From positions 407,732 through 427,437 of the forward strand of contig MCBF01000001.1 of NCBI GenBank assembly GCA_001742785.1: DNA of 19,706 nt, written 5' to 3'. Shown here piece by piece: positions 8,488 through 16,382 of the stretch; within the stretch, counting starts at the first letter, position 1; each line of letters begins with the position of its first letter. Below the pieces are notes generated by a model, which saw nothing but the letters and a program-made list of their open reading frames with translations, was not told the DNA's origin and searched no databases. This stretch comes from Candidatus Altiarchaeales archaeon IMC4 (lineage in GTDB: Archaea > Altiarchaeota > Altiarchaeia > IMC4). Position numbers and translations under genes: made by a program.

Positions 8488-9485
8488 GGGTGATGGCTCT
8501 TGATATCGGGGGCGCTTACATAAAGCAGGCGATTGTAGAATCGAAAAACTTACGTGTTGCGGGTGTCGAGACGAAAACCGTTTACTTTCCCCTATGGAAG
8601 GAAAAAAACAACCTTGAAAAGAAGCTGGCCGAATTCGTAGCCGGCGCGGACGCTGTCGCGGTTACGACAACGGCCGATGCGTCCGATGCCTACATGACAA
8701 AAAAAGAGGCGGCGACCCATGTTATTGACGCAGTCGAACGCGTTTTCGGGCCGGGCGTTAATGTTCTGACCACCGATGCTAAATTGGTGCCGATAGAAGT
8801 TGCTGTGAAAAATCCGGTTTCGGCGGCTTCCGCAAACTGGGCGGCGACCGCCTGGTACGTTTCCAGACTTTCCGGCAATGCAGTTTTGGTGGACACAGGC
8901 TCTACGACAACCGATATCGTACCGATAAAAAACGGGGAGGTCGCCGCGAAGGGAAAGACGGACTTTGAGCGTCTTCTTGCGGGGGAACTGGTTTACACCG
9001 GGGCGCTTCGGACAAATGCCGCGACGATAGTTGATTGTGTGCCGGTGGGGGGAAAAAAAGTCGCCGTTTCAAGCGAATATTTCGCGAACACCGCAGACGT
9101 TTACCTGATTCTCGGTAAAATCGATGAGGAGGGCTACACCTGCGAAACCCCCGACGGGCGAGGGACGGACAAAAAAAGCGCGATGGCAAGGGTCGCGAGG
9201 ATTGTGTGCGCAGACGCAGGGCAGTTAGGCGAAAAAGCGATAAAGCAGATATGCAGCTTCGTAGCAAAATCGCAGGAAAAAAGGATTTCCGCAGCGCTTG
9301 AAAAGGTGATCGATGATTCAAAACTGGAAAATCCGAAGATTTATGTGACTGGGACTGGAAGTTTTATAGCGAAAAACGTTGCGGGAAAGCTTGGGCTTAA
9401 ATGCAAGGAACTCGGTTTTGGCAATGCTGCAACCGCAGTCTGCCTTGCGCTGATGGTTGCCGAGAGATATGGCGAATGTAAATGA
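8484..9485 (+). CDS. mfnF: MfnF, hydantoinase A-family methanofuran biosynthesis enzyme
   Basis: LDIGGA, YFPLWK, ASANWAATA, DTGSTTTDI, GELVYTGALRT, SSEYFA, TPDGR motifs. GGAGGT at 8474-8479 and ATGA overlap with the mfnD stop. Confidence 0.9.
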   Translation: MRVMALDIGGAYIKQAIVESKNLRVAGVETKTVYFPLWKEKNNLEKKLAEFVAGADAVAVTTTADASDAYMTKKEAATHVIDAVERVFGPGVNVLTTDAKLVPIEVAVKNPVSAASANWAATAWYVSRLSGNAVLVDTGSTTTDIVPIKNGEVAAKGKTDFERLLAGELVYTGALRTNAATIVDCVPVGGKKVAVSSEYFANTADVYLILGKIDEEGYTCETPDGRGTDKKSAMARVARIVCADAGQLGEKAIKQICSFVAKSQEKRISAALEKVIDDSKLENPKIYVTGTGSFIAKNVAGKLGLKCKELGFGNAATAVCLALMVAERYGECK

Positions 9486-9948
9486 TTACGCGACGGGGAG
9501 GGTGATTAGAGAAACGAGATTAGCCGGTTTATTACTCAGATTTGTAAAGGCGCCGATTGCCGGCGATTTAATCGGGAAAAAACTGCTTGCCGGAACAGGA
9601 AAATACGAACCAAGATTGTTAAACATCGCCGAGGCGTCGAAATTGATTCGACAGTCAGGGAAATGCGCGGCAGGAGAACGCGTGTGCAGGGTGATATACA
9701 AGGATTCGGAGTTTACGGAATCGGTGTTTCTGGACGATTTGGCTGATGGGATGGTCAATGCCGGAAAAGCAAAGTACGTGGCGAAAGAGGAGGCGATAGA
9801 TACGCTAAAGAAGTACCCGGATAATCCATTGATTTTGTCAAAGGTTTCGGGCAGACCTCTGGAGTTGTGCCGCTCATCGCCGGATGTTTGCATATATTGG
9901 AATATGGAAAAATGCGGTTTGATGTGTCTAAAAAATGATCGTGATTAA
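9469..9948 (+). CDS. Conserved hypothetical protein with several Cys (possible metal/Fe-S binding)
   Basis: 159-aa ORF overlapping both mfnF and mfnE; CAAGERVCR, ELCRSSPDVC and KCGLMC Cys clusters. No confident family. Confidence 0.65.
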   Translation: MANVNDYATGRVIRETRLAGLLLRFVKAPIAGDLIGKKLLAGTGKYEPRLLNIAEASKLIRQSGKCAAGERVCRVIYKDSEFTESVFLDDLADGMVNAGKAKYVAKEEAIDTLKKYPDNPLILSKVSGRPLELCRSSPDVCIYWNMEKCGLMCLKNDRD

Positions 9949-10567
9949 ATTCGGCGGAAGTTTGTTTAAGAATAATTCGGTGGTAAATAGGATAGTTCAG
10001 GTTCTCGAAGAAATTGCAAAAAAACAACCAATACTTATCATCCCCGGCGGCGGGATTTTCGCGGATGCCGTGCGGCAGATGGACAAAAACCTTCTCCTCG
10101 AACCGGAAACCGCGCACGAACTTGCGATAAAGGCGATGGACATGACCGCAGTCCTTTTAACAAAATTCTCAAAAAAATTCAGGATTGTTGACAATCCGGA
10201 CGACGCAGAAAAAAATACCATCTCTGTTTTACTTGCATCAGGATACGCACCTGTCAAAAAGCTAAGGCCAAGCTGGGACGCAACCTCCGACAGCATCGCG
10301 GCGCTTGTCGCCGGAGAGACCAAAGCGGAAAAATGCGTGCTGCTGAAATCGGTTGACGGGATTTATTCGGGCGGAAAACTTATCGAAAAAATAAAAACAT
10401 CTGACCTAAAAAAGCTTAAGCAATCTTGTGTGGACAAAGCGCTTCCCGATGTTCTTGATGAGTATAGAACAGGGTGTTTTATAGTGAATGGAAATCACCC
10501 CGAACGAATCCAAAAAATGTTGAACTGCGAAAAACCCATCTGTACAGAGATTACTCCAAGCGGCTGA
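9935..10567 (+). CDS. mfnE: MfnE, amino-acid-kinase-family (5-(aminomethyl)-3-furanmethanol phosphate kinase)
   Basis: VIKFGGSL, IPGGGIFADAVR, AHELAIKAMD, SWDATSDSIAA, KSVDGIY, CVD motifs. Confidence 0.9.
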   Translation: MIVIKFGGSLFKNNSVVNRIVQVLEEIAKKQPILIIPGGGIFADAVRQMDKNLLLEPETAHELAIKAMDMTAVLLTKFSKKFRIVDNPDDAEKNTISVLLASGYAPVKKLRPSWDATSDSIAALVAGETKAEKCVLLKSVDGIYSGGKLIEKIKTSDLKKLKQSCVDKALPDVLDEYRTGCFIVNGNHPERIQKMLNCEKPICTEITPSG

Positions 10568-11261
10568 CCGCATCCTTGAACTTCCTCACTTTTTCCTCTA
10601 CTATCGCAGAATCTCTGCCGTTTGAGCAGACCGCTCCCCTGACCCCGATAATATCAACGTCCGCGTCGTAAACGTCTTTAAGTTGCTTGACTGCGATTGA
10701 GCCGCCGACTGCCGTTAAAAGGCTTCGGTTTTGCGCGTTTTCAACAAATGCCGCAAGGTCGCTTTTTGACATGAACTCGAACAGGCTGCCGCCCTTCTTG
10801 CCGAGCGTGTCAATCATCGCTAGGCCAGCACCGGATGATTCTGCTATTTCGGGCACGTCCGTGTAACTCACGGAGTTTGTCGTCCAGTGGTCTGCGTAGC
10901 CGCAGGCAACGACATTTATTTTTGGATTTGATTCTTTTACAGCCCTGACAACGGCCTTCATAAGTTCCACTCCCTCAGCTTTATCCCTTGGACCAAGAAG
11001 CCCGACCTTAACATAGTCAACGCCGCAGGACGCAGCACCCCGTGCCGCAAGTGATGCGGTCCCCGGAAGGTGAGGAAAATCCCCGATTGTTGCGCTTAGT
11101 TCAACCCCGCAGGGGACAATACTCTTTATCTCTTTTATGACCCATGGGAAATTCGCGCCGAGGGAACCCTCATTTGGGTTCTTCACGTCGATTATGTCCG
11201 CGCCGCCCGCGATTGCGGCCTTTGCCTCTTCAAGGTTTACCGGGCTTACGAGGAGTTTCAT
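10551..11261 (-). CDS. mfnB: MfnB, (5-formylfuran-3-yl)methyl phosphate synthase (DUF556)
   Basis: MKLLVSP...EEA..A..GGADIIDVKNPNEGSLGANFPWVI, SATIGD, DYVKVGL, MIDT, GVRGAVC signature. Confidence 0.96.
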   Translation of the reverse strand: MKLLVSPVNLEEAKAAIAGGADIIDVKNPNEGSLGANFPWVIKEIKSIVPCGVELSATIGDFPHLPGTASLAARGAASCGVDYVKVGLLGPRDKAEGVELMKAVVRAVKESNPKINVVACGYADHWTTNSVSYTDVPEIAESSGAGLAMIDTLGKKGGSLFEFMSKSDLAAFVENAQNRSLLTAVGGSIAVKQLKDVYDADVDIIGVRGAVCSNGRDSAIVEEKVRKFKDAVSRLE

Positions 11262-11328
11262 GTTTTTCTTATGTCAAGTAGTTTATTACAATCCATTCCA
11301 GAAATACCAGAGCCGTAGTATTTAACTA

Positions 11329-11364
11329 TATATGCCCTGTATATAATCATATACGCCGCATATA
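11329..11364. promoter_or_regulatory. Imperfect palindrome upstream of the TA pair, likely autoregulatory operator over the promoter
   Basis: tatatgc(11329-35)...gtatat-aatc-atatac(11339-54)...gcatata(11358-64), ending 14 nt before the antitoxin ATG. Confidence 0.45.
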
Positions 11365-11378
11365 CAACTAAAAGCAAA

Positions 11379-11621
11379 ATGGTTCAAGCAGTAATAAACA
11401 TACAGGAAAACTCCAACAGGATTCTGAACATTGTTAAAGCCAAGTACGGACTGCGGAACAAATCCGATGCTATAGACCTCGTAATTAACGAGTACGGGGA
11501 TAATTTTCTGGAGCCGGAGCTCAGGCCGGAATACATCGAGAAGGCGAAGGAGATAATGAAACAGAAGCCCATACACATCGGGACAGTGGATGACCTTAGA
11601 ACGCATCTCGGAATCGACTAA
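11379..11621 (+). CDS. DUF2683-like antitoxin (RHH-type)
   Basis: MVQAVINI.E..NRILNIVKAKYGLRNKSDAI...EPELRPEYIEK pattern; directly upstream of a RelE-like gene. Confidence 0.85.
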   Translation: MVQAVINIQENSNRILNIVKAKYGLRNKSDAIDLVINEYGDNFLEPELRPEYIEKAKEIMKQKPIHIGTVDDLRTHLGID

Positions 11622-11622
11622 T

Positions 11623-11886
11623 ATGTATTCTCTTGATATCCGGCCTGCGGTGTTAAAGAAATTAGAAAAATTAAGCAGGAAGAACACGAAGCAGGTCGAG
11701 ATCATCCTGAAAAAAGCAGATGAAATTGTTGAAAACCCGCACCACTACAAAAATCTCCGTGCGCCTTTGCAACACTGGAAGCGCGTGCATATCGACGGCC
11801 ATTTTGTACTCGCATTCTCGGTTGACGAGAAAACCAAAACAGTAATGTTAGAGGACTATGACCACCACGACAAAATATACAAATAA
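11623..11886 (+). CDS. RelE/ParE-superfamily toxin
   Basis: 87 aa basic protein, ENPHHYKNLRAPLQHWKRVHI...HHDKIY; start trimmed to ATG 11623, 1 nt after the antitoxin stop. Confidence 0.88.
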   Translation: MYSLDIRPAVLKKLEKLSRKNTKQVEIILKKADEIVENPHHYKNLRAPLQHWKRVHIDGHFVLAFSVDEKTKTVMLEDYDHHDKIYK

Positions 11887-11892
11887 GGAACT

Positions 11893-12480
11893 ATGATGCG
11901 CCCCGAAAATATCAAGGCTGTAATGCCAATCGGCAAAAGTAGCCGCATGAAGGACAAGCCGCTGGCAGACTTTCGCGGCAAGCCATTGTTCCTTCATGGA
12001 TTGGAAACAATGGAAAAAATATTTTCGGAAGTAACGCTCGTCTGCCACCCGGAACTCGAAGGCCGCATCAGGGAACTTACAAAGGCGAATATCATCACCG
12101 ATGACCTTAACGCAGGCCCGCTTGGCGCGCTGTATCTCGCGGCGAAAAATTCAGACGCAGAGTACCTATTTATTGCCGCCTGCGACATGCCGTTTCTGAA
12201 CGAAGAGGCCATCAGGTTCATGTGCGAAAACGTCGCGGGCGACGGGGTTGTTCTGCTGAACGACGAAGGGCTTCCCGAGCCGTTGCACGCCATCTATAGG
12301 AGGGATTTCGTGCTGGATGCGTTCCCCGATGTGAAGAACGGCAGGGTTTCGGGCCTTATCTGGGCAGGGGATTTTGTGATTTTCCCCGTGGAAAAGATCA
12401 GGCGGTTCGACCCGCGGAGGGATACGTTCAAAAATATCAACACTGAAGAAGAGCTTGCGGAAATTACGGGTAAAGAATAG
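11893..12480 (+). CDS. mobA: Molybdenum cofactor guanylyltransferase MobA-like protein
   Basis: KSSRM.DK, GPLGAL, ACDMPFL, EPLHAIY, FKNINT.EEL motifs. The usual LAGG loop reads MPIG here. Confidence 0.85.
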   Translation: MMRPENIKAVMPIGKSSRMKDKPLADFRGKPLFLHGLETMEKIFSEVTLVCHPELEGRIRELTKANIITDDLNAGPLGALYLAAKNSDAEYLFIAACDMPFLNEEAIRFMCENVAGDGVVLLNDEGLPEPLHAIYRRDFVLDAFPDVKNGRVSGLIWAGDFVIFPVEKIRRFDPRRDTFKNINTEEELAEITGKE

Positions 12481-12921
12481 ATCTGCTTGCACGAATTATT
12501 TAATGTCAAAAAGCGAATTTTCAAATCTTCTCTTCGCGCTTTCCAGTATAGATAACTGGTTTCTAAATAAAGATATGGCATAATCAACTGCCTCTGTTGA
12601 AGTATAATCAAGAGGATTAGGGGTAAACTCTTCTTTCTCGCTTCTTGGCAGTATATCATATATCATATACTCTCTGATACACCTGTCCCCTTTGTGATCA
12701 TAACGCCCCTTAAAGTCCTCAATCTTGTCTGGTAAAAGAATTTTTATTAAGGCAAGAGACTCGGAATACCAAACGTCATAATCTCTTTTAAAAATCAATT
12801 CGTCATTGTGTTCAAGAGCCCCCATTAACTCTTCCCCGTGTTTTATAAGATTATCCGCCTCTTTTTTGTATTTTTCTAAATCTGAAAGTCTCATTTCTTG
12901 TTTTGTTGTTTCAGTATTCAT
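12475..12921 (-). pseudogene. AT-rich truncated hypothetical gene with internal TAA
   Basis: ORF ends ...RRFENSLFDIK* at 12496, but the frame continues FVQADLF. This matches a recalled family motif ARFESSLFDIKQLVQADLFDSE, implying a CAA->TAA change and loss of the C-terminus at the mobA junction. Family match is from memory. Confidence 0.55.
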
Positions 12922-13035
12922 CGTAGTAATAGTTTCTTCTTTACTTTAATAATCTTTTCGTTTAAAGCCGCCCGCCCCTTTCAATATCCGAGCGAAGCGA
13001 AACTATAGGTGCCGAAGGCAATCATGCGTTCCATT

Positions 13036-13653
13036 TTATTTCACTTGCTTGACTGCCTTCTCAAGCGCCCTTTTGTGGATTTCCGCGGCTTTGTGGATAC
13101 TGCTATTTGGTCCGCCTTTGCCACGGCAAAGGTATTGCGCCAGAAGCCCCGTTTTATCAAGCGCTTCTTCGACCGCAAGCCCCTTCAGTTCGTCAGCCAG
13201 AAGATACGCGGCTCCGCAGGGCGATGATTTAACTACTTCAATATCTTTAAGTATTCCATTTTCGACCACAACCTTAAATTCAGGAACCCCGAAATCCTCT
13301 GAAATATCCGCCGCGCAGAAGCAGTCTATGCATTTTGCATTTTTCAATTCACGCGTTTGCGAATTTTCGCAAACGGAGTCCCGTGAATCTGGCAGATTCA
13401 CGCGGATGCATTTTGCATTCGTAATAACCCTCTTCGCGCCCTTGAGGGCATAAGGCATGTCCGGGTGCCTGCTGTAGTCAAGCACGACGTCTGCGGAAAG
13501 GACGAACTGCGGGATCTCAGGGGAATCATCCATCACACCCGGCAAATCTTCCGGCACGAACTGCCCGGCAAATCCGGTATTCCTGCTCTTTTTGATATGC
13601 TTTATCAACTCCCGCGCGCAGGCGCAGTCCCCGATTATTGCAACCTTTGTCAT
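13036..13653 (-). CDS. DUF166-family protein carrying an in-frame palindromic insertion
   Basis: HPD, FC, FGVPEF.V.VENG.LKDIEVVKSSPCGAAYLLA and IHKAAEIHKRAL motifs typical of archaeal DUF166; NAKCI occurs twice around a 21-aa insert. Confidence 0.8.
   Translation of the reverse strand: MTKVAIIGDCACARELIKHIKKSRNTGFAGQFVPEDLPGVMDDSPEIPQFVLSADVVLDYSRHPDMPYALKGAKRVITNAKCIRVNLPDSRDSVCENSQTRELKNAKCIDCFCAADISEDFGVPEFKVVVENGILKDIEVVKSSPCGAAYLLADELKGLAVEEALDKTGLLAQYLCRGKGGPNSSIHKAAEIHKRALEKAVKQVK
13328..13419. mobile_element. 64-bp double-hairpin element flanked by a 14-bp direct repeat, inserted in frame
   Basis: atgcattttgcatt at 13328-13341 and 13406-13419 (78 bp apart, 26 codons). Inside are cgtttgcgaa-tt-ttcgcaaacg (13354-75) and cgtgaatct-ggc-agattcacg (13382-13402), homologous to 114-167, 219-280 (inverted) and 17327-17436. 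Confidence 0.88.
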
Positions 13654-14342
13654 TGCTGTTCTATGCGGATTTTTTCTATATCCTTGAATTCATCCATCTC
13701 GCTTATAATCCTCCCTTTGCTGAAGAGGTATGCCCTGTCGCACATCCTCAGAACGTCGTTGTCGTGCGTCGCCACTATGATCGTCCGCAGGTGCATCAGT
13801 TTCCCAAGAAGTGCCAGAAAGTCCTTTTTGACCCATGGGTCCATGCCAAGCGTCGGCTCGTCAAGCACTAAGATTTCCGGCTGCATCGAGAGCACCGTCG
13901 CGATCGCCGCCCGCTTTTTCTCCCCGAAACTCAGGTGGTGGCAAGAGCGGTTTTCGTAGCCCTCCAGTTCTACCTGCCCAAGGGATTCCTTGACCCGCGC
14001 CATCACATCTTGCTCACCGAGACTCATGTTCAGGGGCCCGAATGCGACATCGTCGAAAACCGTCGGCGAGAAAAGCTGGTCGTCCGGGTTCTGGAAGACA
14101 AGGCCGACACTGCTTCGGATTTTCATCAGGTTCCGGTCGTTTATTTCCATGCCCATGACCTCGACGCTACCGTTCCTGATTATACCGTTGAGGTGCAGAA
14201 GCAGCGTCGTTTTTCCAGCGCCGTTGGGGCCTATCAGCGCGACGGATTCGTTCTTGGCGACCTCAAGGTTTATGTCGCTGAGCGCTTTGGTGCCGTCCGG
14301 GTACGTGTAATTCAGGCCTTTTATTGATATCGTCGGTTTCAT
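13650..14342 (-). CDS. cbiO: ECF transporter ATPase CbiO/NikO
   Basis: GPNGAGKTT, VFQNPDDQLFSPTV, LSFGEKKR, LDEPT motifs. Confidence 0.93.
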   Translation of the reverse strand: MKPTISIKGLNYTYPDGTKALSDINLEVAKNESVALIGPNGAGKTTLLLHLNGIIRNGSVEVMGMEINDRNLMKIRSSVGLVFQNPDDQLFSPTVFDDVAFGPLNMSLGEQDVMARVKESLGQVELEGYENRSCHHLSFGEKKRAAIATVLSMQPEILVLDEPTLGMDPWVKKDFLALLGKLMHLRTIIVATHDNDVLRMCDRAYLFSKGRIISEMDEFKDIEKIRIEQQ

Positions 14343-15049
14343 GTTATGAAGATTATTATGGACGGAATCAGGATTAATGAAAAAAATGCCGCGTCCTTTT
14401 TTCCCATAGTGAATTTGTCGAGTGTCCTGACGCTGCCGTCAAAGGCGCGCGATGCCATCGCGGCATAAACCCGCTCGCCTCGCTCGTAGGAGCGTATGAA
14501 CAGCACGCCGATGATGCTGCCAACCGTTCGCAAGCGCAAGCGCAGGTTTCCCCCCGAACTTCGGCAGTCCCTCGCCTGCCCTATCCGCATCGCTTCGTCC
14601 GCTAATATGAATAGGTAGCGGTACATGAAACTCATCACCATAACGATTACCCTCGGCACCCCAAGGCGCTCGAGACCCTTCATCAGGTGCGCAAAGGGCG
14701 TCGTTGAAACCAGCACTATCATCGAAAGCGCAGATAACCACGCCTTTGCCGAGATGGCGATGAACATCACCATGTCCATGCTGCCGGTTACGAGGTTAAA
14801 AAAGGTTATGGCAAACGCAAATGGCAGGACTATCAGGGAACGCCTGAAGACGAAGCCCGGCGGCACGCGGGATATTATAATGACTGCAAAAATCAAGAGA
14901 AAATAAAGGTAAAATTTGAAGAGGCTGGAGGGCGGTGTCAGGACTACAATAAGAAGAAGGCTAAAAAAAGAAAGTATTTTAGCCCGCGAGTCTATCCTGT
15001 GGACGATGCTGTTCAGGTTGCTGTATTTGTCGATGAAGGAGTGGTGCAT
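14339..15049 (-). CDS. cbiQ: ECF transporter T component CbiQ/NikQ
   Basis: HRIDSRAK, FMYRYLFIL.DEA.R, LFIRSYERGERVYAAMASR motifs; hydrophobic helices. Confidence 0.93.
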   Translation of the reverse strand: MHHSFIDKYSNLNSIVHRIDSRAKILSFFSLLLIVVLTPPSSLFKFYLYFLLIFAVIIISRVPPGFVFRRSLIVLPFAFAITFFNLVTGSMDMVMFIAISAKAWLSALSMIVLVSTTPFAHLMKGLERLGVPRVIVMVMSFMYRYLFILADEAMRIGQARDCRSSGGNLRLRLRTVGSIIGVLFIRSYERGERVYAAMASRAFDGSVRTLDKFTMGKKDAAFFSLILIPSIIIFIT

Positions 15050-15055
15050 CCTGAT

Positions 15056-15286
15056 TTAGAACGCGACTATTAAGGTATTGGTGTCAACGATGCCCTTCAG
15101 GGTCCTTATCTTTCTGATTACCATGTCTGCAACGTCCTCGCTTTCCACCCTTACCACTATGTCGTAGTTCCCGTAAACGCCGCTGGCTTCTTTGACGCCT
15201 TCCATTTTGCGAATCTTATCTAATACGTCAATCGCCGCCGAGCCGCTCGTCTTTACAAGGACGTATGCATTATTTATCCCGCACAT
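15056..15286 (-). CDS. Stand-alone Lrp/AsnC ligand-binding (RAM) domain protein
   Basis: AYVLVK...GVKEASGVYGNYDIVVRVE...IRTLKGIVDTNTLI; 76 aa with no HTH. Confidence 0.85.
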   Translation of the reverse strand: MCGINNAYVLVKTSGSAAIDVLDKIRKMEGVKEASGVYGNYDIVVRVESEDVADMVIRKIRTLKGIVDTNTLIVAF

Positions 15287-15623
15287 TTTTTACTTCTTTT
15301 TTCAGTGTTTTTCCTACGGCGGTGATAAGCCCGAATACCAACAGCACCCCGAAAAGCCCTGCAAGCGATGCAGAGAGCATTGTCGGATTGCCCTCATTAT
15401 CGGCAATCTGCGGGATGACGTAATCCGGCATCGGCGCGGTTATGACTTCTTTGCCCTCACAGAGTTCCTCCATCTTCTCCTCCCCATGCTCGTCGCCGTG
15501 CCCCTGTGCGAATATGTTTATCATAACCCGCTCCAGTCCGTCGGGCGAGCTTGACGCAAACAGGGAGATTACGCACGCCATAACCAATGCCAGCAAAAGC
15601 CCTTTTATCATATATCTTTCCAT
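15270..15623 (-). CDS. PDGLE-domain protein (NikN/CbiN-like ECF component)
   Basis: FASSSPDGLERV and APMPDY motifs, two TM helices, acidic/His loop GHGDEHGEE. Confidence 0.9.
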   Translation of the reverse strand: MERYMIKGLLLALVMACVISLFASSSPDGLERVMINIFAQGHGDEHGEEKMEELCEGKEVITAPMPDYVIPQIADNEGNPTMLSASLAGLFGVLLVFGLITAVGKTLKKEVKNVRDK

Positions 15624-15631
15624 TTTTCACC

Positions 15632-16267
15632 TCATATTTTTTCAAGTTCCAGCAGATCCGGCCTCGTTTTCATTATGTAACTGACCGCCGCTATCGTTAT
15701 GCCTGCTTCGATCAGCCCGACAATCGAGTGGATGCCGACCATCGCGGGAAGCGCCACGTTCAAAGGCACTGTCCCCGAAGCGGCAAGCTCTATCGCGCAT
15801 GCGGCGGATGCCAGAACGACCGCAAGCCATGCGGCAACCCCGAGCCCGATGTAGCGGCCCCGCTGCCCACCGATTGCGCCCGAGACGCTGCGGTAAACAT
15901 AGTACCCGAATATCGTGCCGATGAAACCCATGTTGAAGATGTTCGCGCCGAGCGTCGTAATCCCGCCGTCCTGAAAGAATATTGCCTGAACGATGAAAAC
16001 CGTCGCCATTATCACGGATGCCGCCAGGGGGCCTAAGATGCTCGCGGACAGGACCCCTCCGAGCATGTGCCCGGACGTGCCGCCGGCAACTGGCGTGTTC
16101 AGCATTTGCCCGGCGAATATGAACGCTGCAAGGACGCCCATCATCGGTATGTGCTTTTCGCCTAATTTCCTGTTCGTCCGCATTACGGCGTAGCCCATGA
16201 TAACGATCGTCGCAATCCACATCGCAGCCCAAACGGGCGCGCTTAAAAATCCATCGGGTATGTGCAT
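15632..16267 (-). CDS. cbiM: ECF substrate-binding component NikM/CbiM (Ni/Co)
   Basis: N-terminal metal-binding MHIPDGFL, GTSGHMLGG, QAIFFQDGGITTLGANIFNM, IEAGIT motifs. Confidence 0.95.
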   Translation of the reverse strand: MHIPDGFLSAPVWAAMWIATIVIMGYAVMRTNRKLGEKHIPMMGVLAAFIFAGQMLNTPVAGGTSGHMLGGVLSASILGPLAASVIMATVFIVQAIFFQDGGITTLGANIFNMGFIGTIFGYYVYRSVSGAIGGQRGRYIGLGVAAWLAVVLASAACAIELAASGTVPLNVALPAMVGIHSIVGLIEAGITIAAVSYIMKTRPDLLELEKI

Positions 16268-16303
16268 TTTATTACCTGTTAGTTGTTAATAATTATAGGT
16301 TGG

Positions 16304-16342
16304 TATATAAATAGTAACACCAATCTGATATTGGTGTTACTA
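16304..16342 (-). promoter_or_regulatory. TATA box plus NikR-like operator for the metal transporter operon
   Basis: TTTATATA (rev. comp. of 16304-16311) abuts a perfect 13-bp inverted repeat tagtaacaccaat-N5-attggtgttacta (16312-16342), which contains GTAACA-N15-TGTTAC. Confidence 0.72.
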
Positions 16343-16382
16343 AAAAAAACCAAAATTTAAAAACAAAAACCAGATAATTATT

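Noticed and set aside
12496..12498. Programmed stop-codon readthrough (Sec/Pyl)
   Set aside because: The codon is TAA, and the apparent homology ends seven codons later, so pseudogenisation fits better.
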